Shown here: positions 20,042 through 29,957 of the stretch, piece after piece
Numbering within the stretch: the first letter of the stretch is position 1
Layout: each line of letters starts with the position of its first letter
Source: a virus
DNA length: 64,000 bases
IMG/VR virus record: IMGVR_UViG_3300025528_000383
Direction: 5' to 3' (one strand)
Notes under the pieces: model-generated
What the model was told of the DNA's origin: nothing
Databases searched by the model: none
Seen by the model: the letters and a program-made list of their open reading frames with translations, nothing else
Translations under genes and position numbers: made by a program

Positions 20042-20101
20042 TTTACATATAGTCAACGGAATTACAAATTCATGATACCTCTTGTTTTGCCAATAGTCAA
20101 T
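20042..20101 (-). promoter_or_regulatory. PBP promoter TTGACT-17-TATCAT with two operator copies (20086-20101 at the -35; 20042-20057 downstream of +1)
   Basis: Read directly. Confidence 0.75.
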
Positions 20102-20129
20102 GAAAAAATAAAGAAATAGCCCGCTTCCT

Positions 20130-20783
20130 TTAGCCGACAAGTTTTTTCGAATGTCGGAGAATCAACGTTTTCAGTTCGCCAAGAGATCGGAAAGAATGGA
20201 GGTTATTGAAGGTCGTGAAGGCTGTTTTTCGTTCGAGGGCGTTGACGTCTTTCACGTAACGATCGTTGTCGGGATTTCGTTCGTTTAATATGAGGTCTTC
20301 TTGAAAGGCGAGACCGAAGAGATAGGCTTTCTTTCGTGAGAGTTCAATGGCGATGAAGATTTCGGCTTCGGAGGGATTTCTTGGGGCTTTTTCGGACAAA
20401 AGTCGGTTAACAAGCGGGAAATTGCCACACCGGAAGGCTTTAACACCTACGGGAAGGCCGATGGCGGAAAGGTCTGGTGCAGCGTATCGAGGCGAATGGC
20501 CAACGGTTGAGTCCCTAAAACGAACACCGAGGAAACGTTCCAGGGCTAGTTCGCCGAGTGTGCCGGTCATCCAGCGTTTGTACTCCATCCGTCCGTCCCT
20601 CTGGTGGACTTTCTCCTTTCTTTTTTCCTGTATCACCTCGCGGGTGAATCTTTCCGCCTCCACCAGCATTTCCTCTGTGAGCGGAATCTCGGTCACCCGA
20701 CCGGCCCTTCTCATTTGGTAGAACATCCTCCAAAAGGCGTTCCAGTGCTCCTTCTGAGAATAGGGTTGATGTAGAGATGGCAA
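20130..20783 (-). CDS. Hypothetical protein, possible PD-(D/E)XK nuclease
   Basis: GTLGELA...APDL...GVK pattern. Confidence 0.45.
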   Translation of the reverse strand: MPSLHQPYSQKEHWNAFWRMFYQMRRAGRVTEIPLTEEMLVEAERFTREVIQEKRKEKVHQRDGRMEYKRWMTGTLGELALERFLGVRFRDSTVGHSPRYAAPDLSAIGLPVGVKAFRCGNFPLVNRLLSEKAPRNPSEAEIFIAIELSRKKAYLFGLAFQEDLILNERNPDNDRYVKDVNALERKTAFTTFNNLHSFRSLGELKTLILRHSKKLVG

Positions 20784-21317
20784 TCGAATACCCCCTTTTG
20801 AGGTGGATTTATGGGTGGAAAAACTCTATATGTCGGGAATGTCAAAAGATTGCGAATAAGAAATCTTTGTTCAACGTGCGTGGGTTTGTTTAATAGAGGG
20901 GCATCAAGATACTATGCTCATTTGGGGAAAACAATAAGTTGTGGAGATTAGGAAGTGTTTCCAAAAGAAAAAGAGAACGGGTGTTCCGCTCTCTTTTTCT
21001 TGGAGGTTTCAGTGGATTGGCGTTTTTTTCGTCAGGGGATGGTGCCCCGCTTCTTTATCTCCCAAGACAGGAGATCTGTTGGGGCCTGCCCGGCCCCGGG
21101 GTTTTTCCCCCGATTTTTTGAACCAAGAGAACCAAACCCATGTGTCCCCCGGTGTAACGCCAATAACTTACTGATTCAAAAGCAGTAAGCTCCACTGATC
21201 ATTTACCTCCTCCGAAATTTCGTGCAAACCACGAAATTCCTTTTTTATTGTGGTAAGGACTTACCGTTACACATTATAGATGGTTTGCCCGAAATTATAA
21301 GAGGCGGAAGGGGTTTG

Positions 21318-22457
21318 TCAGGCGGTTTTTGCTTCGGTGCGGTTCACGCTGGAGGCTTCGTCTGTGACGGATTCCAATGGCATTAGGATATAGAGGTGGC
21401 GTATGCCGTCCATTTCCGATTCTAGGATGAGAGGAGAACCATTTTCTGCTACCCCCTTCTTTACCCTGAGCCGATCGTGCGGCCATTTGCTGACAATCCT
21501 TTGCAGGGTTTTACAGGGTACTGCGAGCTCCGCCACACCTTCCTCAGGAACCCTCTCAAACATCGAGCCTCGCCAGACAAAACCGACAGCGTCCAGTTCT
21601 TTGCCCTTCGGGACGGATACGAGTTTTTTCAGACGGTTAAGCCCGATGTCCGCCGCTTTTTCCGTTTCTTTCATCCCGTGAAATGGCAGGATTTGAAAGA
21701 TGGTTTCCGATTCTGGGTCACTTGGTGCGGGGAAAGCCAACAGGAAGGAACCATGTTGAACATACAACCAACCGTCTCGCCAAGCGAGCTGGATCGTTTC
21801 CTCATGTTTTATCCGGTCTATGAATTTCCCGAGCCGGGAGGCGTCCGCCTTCGAAAGCAGACACCAGCCGGAAACCACCGATTCGGAAAGAGGGATCTTG
21901 GCTTCATACATTTCAGTCAGGTTAAACCCTCGAATTAAAAGTCCGTCCCTTTCTTTCCCCAACCCCACCATGCCGGTGGCGGGAAGAAATGTCGAACGGA
22001 TGAGTTGGCGAGCCAATGCCAACGCCTCGTTAAGCGGACCGACCGGGATCTCAAATCCCTCCCCCGATTGGGGTTTGGAAAGCGAGAACCCGTCTTCCAA
22101 TTCGTTTTCTTCATTCAACAGGATGATCTCCGCCGGGTACACACCGTCGTCGATGCGGAGCTCGCCGGCATCCCGTTCAAAAAGAAGCGTCTCAGAATCC
22201 TTTTCGTATGTCTTCAGCACGTTGTAAAAATCTCGGATGTTGACGCGGACCCTCCCTTCCAGGATGGGTTCTGCCTCTTCAAGCGTTACCTGAAACGGGA
22301 ATGGTTTCAGCCCGTTGGAGGTGATGGTTACTCTTTCCTGTTCCACTTTCAGTTCAACCCAGGACGTTTCCTTCTTAGCCCATTCGCTCGCCGTATACAG
22401 ACTTTGGAGAATCGAAACGGTCTCCTTCACCTTACGGGTGTCGGCTTCAAAAATCAT
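21318..22457 (-). CDS. Divergent DNA polymerase III beta-clamp-like protein
   Basis: 379 aa, clamp-like repeated alpha/beta pattern, C-terminal SPLILE...YILMPL, next to dnaQ. Confidence 0.6.
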   Translation of the reverse strand: MIFEADTRKVKETVSILQSLYTASEWAKKETSWVELKVEQERVTITSNGLKPFPFQVTLEEAEPILEGRVRVNIRDFYNVLKTYEKDSETLLFERDAGELRIDDGVYPAEIILLNEENELEDGFSLSKPQSGEGFEIPVGPLNEALALARQLIRSTFLPATGMVGLGKERDGLLIRGFNLTEMYEAKIPLSESVVSGWCLLSKADASRLGKFIDRIKHEETIQLAWRDGWLYVQHGSFLLAFPAPSDPESETIFQILPFHGMKETEKAADIGLNRLKKLVSVPKGKELDAVGFVWRGSMFERVPEEGVAELAVPCKTLQRIVSKWPHDRLRVKKGVAENGSPLILESEMDGIRHLYILMPLESVTDEASSVNRTEAKTA

Positions 22458-22476
22458 GGGCGATGCCCCCCTTTCG

Positions 22477-23391
22477 TCAATTCCGATAATAGAGGAGGTC
22501 GTTTTGCGACTTCAGCCCGAGGAAACGGATCACCGCCTCCTCGACTTTTTCGAAGTCAAGCGGGAGTGGAAAATCCTTGTTTCCCCAGGTTCGGGTCGGA
22601 ATATCGAAATAAACCGTCCCCCATTCCGTTCCGGTGGAAAGTCGCACATAAAGCCGACGGAACATTTCCCGTTTGTTTTTCCTCTTTTCCCAGTATTTGA
22701 CCTGTTTCACTTTCACCGGGGTGTGAGCAATCCGTGCCGGCATCGGCCCTACATCTCTCTTCCGCTCCAAGGCTTCTGGAGCTAACTTGCGGATGAATTC
22801 GATCAGACACTTGGCAGTGCCGACCGTATCGTCTGTGGCCTGGTGATGATGTTCAAACGGGATGTTGAGCAACTCGCACATGGTATCGAGCCGGTACCCG
22901 CCCCGTCCTAGGCCAGGCACGAGCTTTTTGAACAGTTTCATCGTGCAGAGCGTATCGTTGTTGGGAAAGATCCCGACCTTTTGGAAAGCAGGCAGAAGAA
23001 ATCGATTCCAGTCAAACTCGACGTTGTGCCCAACCACGACGGCGTCGCCAATGAAGCGGTAGAAATCGGGAAGTATCTGGTAGATGGTCGGCTGATTCGC
23101 CACATCCTCATTGGAAATCCCGGTGAGGTTTGCGATCTTTGCCGGAATCTTGAGCTGCGGGTTTACCAGGGTGGAGAACGTGTCGCCGATACGTCCGTTC
23201 AGAACACGGACGGCTGCGATTTGGATGATTCGTCCCCCTTTTTGAGGAGAATAGCCCGTTGTCTCGATATCGAGGACGACGAAATGCGGGCGTTTCAACA
23301 GCTCCAATTCTCCATCAAGGTTATCGCTCTGCCACCGGATATCTTCGACCGGTTTCACCGATTCTGGCATCTTGGGTTCTCCCCCTTTCAT
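22477..23391 (-). CDS. dnaQ: DnaQ/PolC-type DEDDh 3'-5' exonuclease
   Basis: LDIETTG, HNVEFD, HHQATDDT. Confidence 0.88.
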   Translation of the reverse strand: MKGGEPKMPESVKPVEDIRWQSDNLDGELELLKRPHFVVLDIETTGYSPQKGGRIIQIAAVRVLNGRIGDTFSTLVNPQLKIPAKIANLTGISNEDVANQPTIYQILPDFYRFIGDAVVVGHNVEFDWNRFLLPAFQKVGIFPNNDTLCTMKLFKKLVPGLGRGGYRLDTMCELLNIPFEHHHQATDDTVGTAKCLIEFIRKLAPEALERKRDVGPMPARIAHTPVKVKQVKYWEKRKNKREMFRRLYVRLSTGTEWGTVYFDIPTRTWGNKDFPLPLDFEKVEEAVIRFLGLKSQNDLLYYRN

Positions 23392-23435
23392 AGAAAGCCC
23401 ATGAAAGCTGGACCTTTTCCATATTTCCTATTCTT

Positions 23436-23464
23436 ATTGTATCATTCTATTACCTATAGTCAAT
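23436..23464 (-). promoter_or_regulatory. Promoter TTGACT-16-TACAAT; operator copy 23449-23464
   Basis: Read directly. Confidence 0.7.
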
Positions 23465-23515
23465 GAAATAAAAAAGAAAGAAACGGCCTCTCATGTAGGG
23501 GCCGCTCCTTCCCAC

Positions 23516-23950
23516 TCATGCGATATTTGAAGCCGGCTGTTGAAAGGTTTCAAAGATGTGGAGTTCCTGAACCAACGGACGTGTGAATTGGAACGTCCCG
23601 TTCTCCAAATCCTCCACCTTCACTCCAAGTGTGAGTTGAATGACGGGATCCGGAGAACCTTCCTTCAGCAGGTACACCAAGAGATGACCCGGGATCAAGC
23701 ACAGTTTAATCTCCAAAAAATCCTGATTTTTGATATCCTCTTCATTGTACTCGACGAACAGTTCTTCCAAAGAATCGTGGATATAGGTATACCAGATGGG
23801 CGTGGATTGGAATTGGACGGATCCGGAAATGGGGGAATTGAGATGAGGGAAATACTGATTGAAACAGTCGACGATTCTCAAGCCTTCCAACCGCCTGAGC
23901 TTCTCCCTCAACCTGTCCACCACTTCTGGCGTCGCTTCTTTCAACCGCAT
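23516..23950 (-). CDS. Hypothetical protein
   Basis: RBS AAGGAGG. Confidence 0.6.
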   Translation of the reverse strand: MRLKEATPEVVDRLREKLRRLEGLRIVDCFNQYFPHLNSPISGSVQFQSTPIWYTYIHDSLEELFVEYNEEDIKNQDFLEIKLCLIPGHLLVYLLKEGSPDPVIQLTLGVKVEDLENGTFQFTRPLVQELHIFETFQQPASNIA

Positions 23951-23980
23951 AAGGGGTTTAGCCTCCTTGACGGATTTTTG

Positions 23981-24394
23981 TCAGAACGGTAAGTGATCTT
24001 TGGGATCCTCTGTTTTCGGAGCGACAAATGCCCCTGTTTTGAACGCAACATTCACACTGTCAATGGTATAGGATTCCGGCTTTTGGGGATCGTCGTTGTA
24101 TGTGATGCTGTAAAGGACATCACAGATCGTGTTCCCGTGTTCATCCTGCACGTTCATGAAAAGCAAGTGTTTTTCAATAGAGGTGCTGATATCGAAATTC
24201 TCCAAGTCGCTGTTTGCGATCGTAATATCAACAATGACTTGCATGGTCACATCAAACAACTCTTGCGACCATGGTTCTCCAGGAAACGTCTTGCCGACAA
24301 AGAACTTCTTCAGGAGTTCTTCAGCCTTTTCGTTCATCGCAGCGAGAAATTCGTCCATTGCTGCGGGATCCATGTTGGCAAATCTTTCGTTCAT
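23981..24394 (-). CDS. Hypothetical protein
   Basis: RBS GGAG; acidic. Confidence 0.6.
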   Translation of the reverse strand: MNERFANMDPAAMDEFLAAMNEKAEELLKKFFVGKTFPGEPWSQELFDVTMQVIVDITIANSDLENFDISTSIEKHLLFMNVQDEHGNTICDVLYSITYNDDPQKPESYTIDSVNVAFKTGAFVAPKTEDPKDHLPF

Positions 24395-24483
24395 GAAAAT
24401 TCACTCCTATATCTCGCCGCAAGCCTGCGGCTGTACTCCCTCCTCTGATCAAATTTGGATAAACTCCATCTTTGATCAATTTC

Positions 24484-24514
24484 ATTTTAAACCCCACTAT
24501 TTCATATAGTCAAT
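24484..24514 (-). promoter_or_regulatory. Promoter TTGACT-18-TAAAAT; operator copy 24499-24514
   Basis: Read directly. Confidence 0.65.
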
Positions 24515-24556
24515 AGTTGTTTTGCAAATTACTGCCATTTGGTTCCAAAAAATAGA

Positions 24557-25405
24557 TTATGGCCAGTTTAAAGCGGGTTTGGCTTCGAAAATCTTGATGG
24601 TTCCATCATCATAGACATCAACCCGATACCACCCTTTATCGGTGCTCAGGCGGTAAATTTCTTTCTCGGGATCCATATCGTATCCAAAAACCATGTCGAT
24701 TTTGCCGAGTTCTTTTTCATGTTTACGGAAGTAAGCCACAGCTCTCTTCGGCAATTCGTATTGGATCTCGTGTTCCCATTCCGTTTTCCCCGATTTATTT
24801 TTCACCTCGGTAAGCTGTCCCTTTTCGAGTGTCAGTTGGTACGTCCCTTTCGTGGTCCTCGCCATGATCTCGCCTTTTTCGTTCCAAACTTTCTGGAGCT
24901 CCCCAAACTTGGTCCGGTGCTCATAAAAAACGAGCATCGCCCGAGGCGGCAGCGGGAAAGTTTTCGCTGTGACCCATTCTTCATTGGGATAAGTCTGATA
25001 GATCGCTTCGGTTTTGTAGGTTCCTTCTTTTTTCACAAGAAGAATGAAATCATAAGATCCGTTTCGAGTGAGCATTCGGTAAACGAGGTAGACCCTTTTT
25101 TTCAAAGCGAACGCTCCCACCCGCTCCGATTTGCGAAATTCACCCAGTGAGAGATTTTTGTTTTCCGAAAGGAACCCGATGATCTCTTTTTTTACCAGGA
25201 CGTCCTCTACCCGATGTGGGTACAATACCGTATCCACGGAGATAATGAGGATGAGGCCGACCAGGATGACAAGCGGAATTTTCAAAAGCCGACCGAACCG
25301 GCTCTTAGGAAACAGGAGAGATAGTCCAAATGGTGGGATTAGCCAACCCGCTACCCATTTCCACCAAGGCTCGGTGCTAGTTGTGTTCAATACGTCTTTT
25401 TTCAT
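24557..25405 (-). CDS. Membrane-anchored hypothetical protein
   Basis: Two N-terminal hydrophobic segments; RBS GGAGG. Confidence 0.6.
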   Translation of the reverse strand: MKKDVLNTTSTEPWWKWVAGWLIPPFGLSLLFPKSRFGRLLKIPLVILVGLILIISVDTVLYPHRVEDVLVKKEIIGFLSENKNLSLGEFRKSERVGAFALKKRVYLVYRMLTRNGSYDFILLVKKEGTYKTEAIYQTYPNEEWVTAKTFPLPPRAMLVFYEHRTKFGELQKVWNEKGEIMARTTKGTYQLTLEKGQLTEVKNKSGKTEWEHEIQYELPKRAVAYFRKHEKELGKIDMVFGYDMDPEKEIYRLSTDKGWYRVDVYDDGTIKIFEAKPALNWP

Positions 25406-25457
25406 GGGGGGTATCCCTCCATTTCGTAAAAAGGGGGAGCTACTCGCCCCCCATTCT

Positions 25458-26492
25458 TTATTTTCCATTTTCAGCTTTTCCCGTGGTTTCGTCGCCGGAT
25501 GTATTATCAAACCGCTTTTTGATCAGATCGCTAATATATTTGTCCACTTTGTCATTGACGACGTTATGCGTCTTATCGAGGATGTTGAGAAGTCCCTCGA
25601 TATCTTTGGCCAAATCAGTCCCTTTGTTAGACAACATGATTTCCTCGTATTTTTTCCGAATCTCAGGCTTCAGAGTGTAGGTGTAGGTTTCTTTATCGGT
25701 CCCTTTGTGCTCGATCTTTTCATTAAAGAAGGTGGCATGAGAAGAAGCAAAGAAAATCTCGTAAAGGCTTCGTTCGAGGTCGGACCAGTCTTGGGCAAAT
25801 TCTCCTTTTTCCCAGCGGTCACGGGCGTTTTCGATGTACAACAAGTCTTCCGCCAGACGGTCGATATTGTAAATCCCGGATTTGTCATCGAAAATCGGAT
25901 CACTTTGTTCCTTGGCCAGAAGATTGATGTAATCTTTGTAGTCGCCAGTGACGTACTTGCCGTAATGATCCAAAACGTATTGGGCATCCGGATCAATGTA
26001 GAAGGATGAATCCACATACTTGACCAATAGATGTTGGCGGTTCATCTCGGCCAAATACCCTTTTGCAAGTTTATTAGACAATTTCTTCATGTCTTTGACC
26101 GGGTCCTTGACGCCATCTACCGCCTGCGAGTATTGGATCTCCCCGCCAAGAGTGTCGAGCAACTGTCCGAAGTACTCGCTTGTATTCTTAATCGCGTTCA
26201 TGAATTCTCGTACCGCCCGAGTCGAGTGTTTATCGTCCAGCGATCCGATCGACTGCTTCAATTTTTTCTCTACTTCCGTTGGGCGGTACCCGTCCTGGAC
26301 CATCGTCTTTAGGTCTTCCACGACCTTGTCTTGTTCCTTTCCTGAGAGGGGTTTCGTTTGGGTCGAGACATCTTTTCTTTCTTGGGAGTGTTGGGGACTA
26401 AAAATACGGGGTCCTTGCATCGATATGAGCAGAGCCAGGATGGACACAACGATAAATAGGGCGGTTAGAATTTTCTTCACTTTTTTATTCAA
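25458..26492 (-). CDS. Membrane-anchored or exported hypothetical protein
   Basis: MNKKVKK plus hydrophobic helix. Confidence 0.65.
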   Translation of the reverse strand: MNKKVKKILTALFIVVSILALLISMQGPRIFSPQHSQERKDVSTQTKPLSGKEQDKVVEDLKTMVQDGYRPTEVEKKLKQSIGSLDDKHSTRAVREFMNAIKNTSEYFGQLLDTLGGEIQYSQAVDGVKDPVKDMKKLSNKLAKGYLAEMNRQHLLVKYVDSSFYIDPDAQYVLDHYGKYVTGDYKDYINLLAKEQSDPIFDDKSGIYNIDRLAEDLLYIENARDRWEKGEFAQDWSDLERSLYEIFFASSHATFFNEKIEHKGTDKETYTYTLKPEIRKKYEEIMLSNKGTDLAKDIEGLLNILDKTHNVVNDKVDKYISDLIKKRFDNTSGDETTGKAENGK

Positions 26493-26495
26493 CTG

Positions 26496-27521
26496 TCATT
26501 CCCCCTTAAAAGGACTTCCTTTGGTGATTTGGGTGATGGTTTTGGTTCCCCGTTGATAATGGATGGTATAAAGGTAAATGCCGGTTTCGTCGGCAACGGT
26601 GAGTTCATAGAGAGTTGTGGCGTTCAGGTTGGTGTCGTCGTAGAGGTAGCCGGTGATGGCCCAATGGTTGAATGTCCCCCGGCCATGGGTGAGAAGTGAA
26701 AACAAGGCGGATTGATTTTCCTCTTTGAGCCCCAGACGCCTCGTGAGGGCTTTGATGTCATGATCACCGGCCTTGATCTTTCCAGAGGCAATGCGGTTGT
26801 AAAGTGCCGGATCAGCAAGAGACGCTCTCATCCTTTCCCAGGCCAAGGCGAAATCCTGATGGGTGGAACTTTCGAGAAAACTGTTTTTGGTAAGAGGGGT
26901 TCTTGTGTGGGGGAGATCTTCGGGTTTTTGAATCCGGATGGCGGAGACGGGATGTCCGGTTTCATCCAACCGGAGCTGAAGGGTCTGAATGTGAAATTTT
27001 TTGGTATCGTTGACTCCGTTCACATCCACAACGGCGTATTTCGTCCGTTTCCCTTTCTGGTCGATCCGGACGCCGTACTGGCGGAGTGTGATGGAGTCGA
27101 TCCATTGATATTGGGTTTTGGCAAAGTCCTGTATCGTTTCGGTAAGACCGTCTCTTCCCGAGCCGTAATCCAAGCTCAAAATTTCGCTACCCAATACCTG
27201 AAAAATTGACTTTTTTCCTGAGGCGATGTCAAGGTAATCGTTATGGTCGCTCAATGCTCGCCCCATAATCGCCACTTTTTCCGAAAGAGATCGGAGGCCT
27301 TTGATGTCAACTCCTTCTCTATTCATATTCATTCCCGTAACCTTGACGATCGGTTTTTCTTTTACCGGGGTTCCCTCATGGCGAAACCATTGATACGGAA
27401 TCTTAATAGCCGCTATTTTATCCGCAAACGTTTCGTGTGTTTTATCCAGGCCGCATCCACTGAGCAACATGGCGGCGGCACACAAAGCAACAGCCGCTCT
27501 CCGGTTTCGCATCATACCCAT
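26496..27521 (-). CDS. Putative lipoprotein
   Basis: Signal peptide with lipobox LLSGC. Confidence 0.65.
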   Translation of the reverse strand: MGMMRNRRAAVALCAAAMLLSGCGLDKTHETFADKIAAIKIPYQWFRHEGTPVKEKPIVKVTGMNMNREGVDIKGLRSLSEKVAIMGRALSDHNDYLDIASGKKSIFQVLGSEILSLDYGSGRDGLTETIQDFAKTQYQWIDSITLRQYGVRIDQKGKRTKYAVVDVNGVNDTKKFHIQTLQLRLDETGHPVSAIRIQKPEDLPHTRTPLTKNSFLESSTHQDFALAWERMRASLADPALYNRIASGKIKAGDHDIKALTRRLGLKEENQSALFSLLTHGRGTFNHWAITGYLYDDTNLNATTLYELTVADETGIYLYTIHYQRGTKTITQITKGSPFKGE

Positions 27522-27544
27522 TCCTCCATTTCATGCTGGTTTTA

Positions 27545-27573
27545 TTGTAATATTTCTATTGCCCATAGTCAAT
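27545..27573 (-). promoter_or_regulatory. Promoter TTGACT-17-TACAAT; operator copy 27558-27573
   Basis: Read directly. Confidence 0.75.
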
Positions 27574-28825
27574 TGTACACATCGCCAGGCACAGCAATCA
27601 ACCGTCGGCGTCTCATCCCGTAACGCTTCATCTCTAAATCGGTGGGGTAGGTCTCTTCACAGTGGTACTTTTTCACAAGCTCCTTCCAGTACCCATCAAA
27701 ACGGTAGGCTGGGATCGTCGTCGATTCCTTCAACGACCGCTTTTCGCATTTACCGGTATTCCGGATCTCTTCCAAAAACATCCGTTCCAACCGTTCCCGT
27801 TCGCTATAGAAATTCCCGCCCTCTGTCACGTACACGGGATCGTTTTTTCGGGGGCGGCCAAAAGTCTTCTGAATGTATATCCGCTTCGCTTCATCCACCC
27901 CGAACAACGCCTCCACGGTTTTCTTGTTAATTCGGTAATACCGAATGCCTGCTTTCACAAGGATTTCCGCTTTCCGTTCGGCAGCCGGAACCCGACTGGA
28001 AAAACGGGGCAACGAATAAAACGAGACGGCGGAATCTTTCTGGCGTTCCCATTTCAGTTGTTTCGCTCTCGCTGCCATCTTTTCCGGGACAGCCTCCAAC
28101 GGGAGCTTGTCGAGGAACCCTAAGAGGACAAACAGGTTGACCACTTGCGTCAGCACGGTAATCGAAAAACCGGGGACAAGCCCGGAGAGGTAATAAAGAG
28201 ACAGAAAGAACACCGGTTCAACGCCATGGGAAGTTCCCATTTGGGTTGCATTTTCCAGGGCGAAATCGTTCAAGGCGGAAAGCACCTCCCAATGCTTCCC
28301 GCAGAGTTTCGCCAATGCCGGATGCTTTTCCGGATGCCTTTGGAGGTCCGTCAGCAGGCTTTCGTTTTCCCTGTATTTTTCATATTGCGACAGGTACCAT
28401 CCGGTGATGCCGGGAACTTGCCAGATGTCCTCTAGAAAGCGAAACACGGCCTTCCGGCTTTCGTGGCGGAAAATGGATAACAGATCGAAGAGATCGAACC
28501 TGTAAACGCCCGTCCCGCCTTCTTTTTGGGAATAATAATGGTAATACCCTTTCCGATTCCGATGGACCCACGCTTTCCTGCCTTGGAAAAACAGGCAATC
28601 AAACTGAACATCGACCCCGGGCGTGCCGATGAGGATTTCGGCAAGATTGATCGTTTTCAGCACATTGACCGTATTCATGCCCTGATGAGCTCCTTCCATC
28701 ACCCGGCTAATCAGCCATCTTGCCCGCTCCTCGTCCCAAATCTCATGTTCCCTTCCCCACACGCCCAAGGAGGCTTTTTTAAGCAGGCGTGGGGTAGACA
28801 TCACCAACATGGTATTTCTTCCCAA
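27569..28825 (-). CDS. Basic hypothetical protein, possibly a replication-related DNA-binding protein
   Basis: 418 aa; N-terminus resembles a degenerate primase zinc-binding-like region. Confidence 0.5.
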   Translation of the reverse strand: MGRNTMLVMSTPRLLKKASLGVWGREHEIWDEERARWLISRVMEGAHQGMNTVNVLKTINLAEILIGTPGVDVQFDCLFFQGRKAWVHRNRKGYYHYYSQKEGGTGVYRFDLFDLLSIFRHESRKAVFRFLEDIWQVPGITGWYLSQYEKYRENESLLTDLQRHPEKHPALAKLCGKHWEVLSALNDFALENATQMGTSHGVEPVFFLSLYYLSGLVPGFSITVLTQVVNLFVLLGFLDKLPLEAVPEKMAARAKQLKWERQKDSAVSFYSLPRFSSRVPAAERKAEILVKAGIRYYRINKKTVEALFGVDEAKRIYIQKTFGRPRKNDPVYVTEGGNFYSERERLERMFLEEIRNTGKCEKRSLKESTTIPAYRFDGYWKELVKKYHCEETYPTDLEMKRYGMRRRRLIAVPGDVYN

Positions 28826-29026
28826 GCCTCATACCTCCTGTTCTCATGCGTGCTTTATCGGCAAAACTTCATAGCCCCTTTCTTTCTGTGACCTGGTGAG
28901 ACGAAAAAAAACAGTCAACATCCGTCCAATGTGACTCCCCAACCACATGTATATTGGGGTTGTTTTTATTAAAAAAGTGAAAAAGACGCCCGGCCGGCCT
29001 CTGAATTTCAGGCTCGTGTCGATCGT

Positions 29027-29302
29027 CTATTTTGAATGTCGTTCTGATAGAACTTTGAGAAGAAACGGCAGCCAAAACAACATACACAATACCAACAGGA
29101 TCGCGACAAACGCTTTCTCTCCGACAAACCGGATGAGCCCTTCTGCCTCCCTCACCAAACTCTCCGCTTCTTCATCCAATTCTTCACCTTCTTCGTACAG
29201 TTGGATCGTCTTATTGATAATACGTAAAAAAAAACATCCTATTATGATTCCGACAAAAAGATATGCCGGAAAAAGGAGCGAAAGCCATGAATGGATCGTC
29301 AT
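29027..29302 (-). CDS. Small membrane protein
   Basis: Two TM segments; RBS GGAGG. Confidence 0.6.
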   Translation of the reverse strand: MTIHSWLSLLFPAYLFVGIIIGCFFLRIINKTIQLYEEGEELDEEAESLVREAEGLIRFVGEKAFVAILLVLCMLFWLPFLLKVLSERHSK

Positions 29303-29405
29303 TCTCCTCCCCCCAATGAAAAAGGAATAAGGAGCGTTCCCAATTCAAGATAAACATTTGTGTCAAAAAAGGGACCCCGGTTCCCCGGCATCCAGTTGGC
29401 CGCCA

Positions 29406-29894
29406 TCAATAGAGGATGTCCCATTTGAACTCATGGTCTTCCCCATCAGGCTTAAAGGCTTGGATAAGGATTGTTTTATCTTTGTCGTCCAATTCCACAA
29501 AGAGATCGACAGTATGGGTGGTTTCCGCCACCATGCGAGAGAACACAACCTCGGCGATCGCTTTCGCCCTCTTTTTCGAAGGGACAACGAGTTCCCCGTA
29601 GAGGCCGCCCTCCTCCCGATGAATGGTGAAATCTCGTACCCCTTTCATCGCCAGAGTCTTTTTACGGATGGCCTTCAGTTCTTGATCCGTCACAACCATC
29701 CGGTCTTGCTCGTTCTTATAGTCAATGGGAGAGCTCTTCATTGAATAAAGAATAGTTGTGTGATGATAAACGTGGGAAAACAAGGCCCACACACCACAAA
29801 GGCATCCGATGATTATGGCCAGAATTACCCATGTTCTTAGGCAAATCCCGAATTTTTCCTGATGTTTGGTTCTCACGGTCTTTCCTTCTCCCAT
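29406..29894 (-). CDS. Membrane-anchored hypothetical protein (start revised)
   Basis: One TM; the longer ORF start falls inside the promoter. Confidence 0.6.
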   Translation of the reverse strand: MGEGKTVRTKHQEKFGICLRTWVILAIIIGCLCGVWALFSHVYHHTTILYSMKSSPIDYKNEQDRMVVTDQELKAIRKKTLAMKGVRDFTIHREEGGLYGELVVPSKKRAKAIAEVVFSRMVAETTHTVDLFVELDDKDKTILIQAFKPDGEDHEFKWDILY

Positions 29895-29937
29895 GGTTCG
29901 TATCAATCGGTTCCTTTCCTCTACAGTATCACATTCC

Positions 29938-29953
29938 GTTGCCAATAGTCAAA
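29938..29953 (-). promoter_or_regulatory. Operator copy GTTGCCAATAGTCAAA containing a TTGACT -35
   Basis: Read directly; -10 weak (TACTGT). Confidence 0.6.
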
Positions 29954-29957
29954 AGGT

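Noticed and set aside
20960-21230. GC-rich intergenic stretch with hairpins and a possible ~60-codon minus-strand ORF
   Set aside because: No recognisable RNA family or convincing protein.
29711-29726. Operator-like CGTTCTTATAGTCAAT
   Set aside because: It lies inside a coding region with no matching -10 and may be chance.
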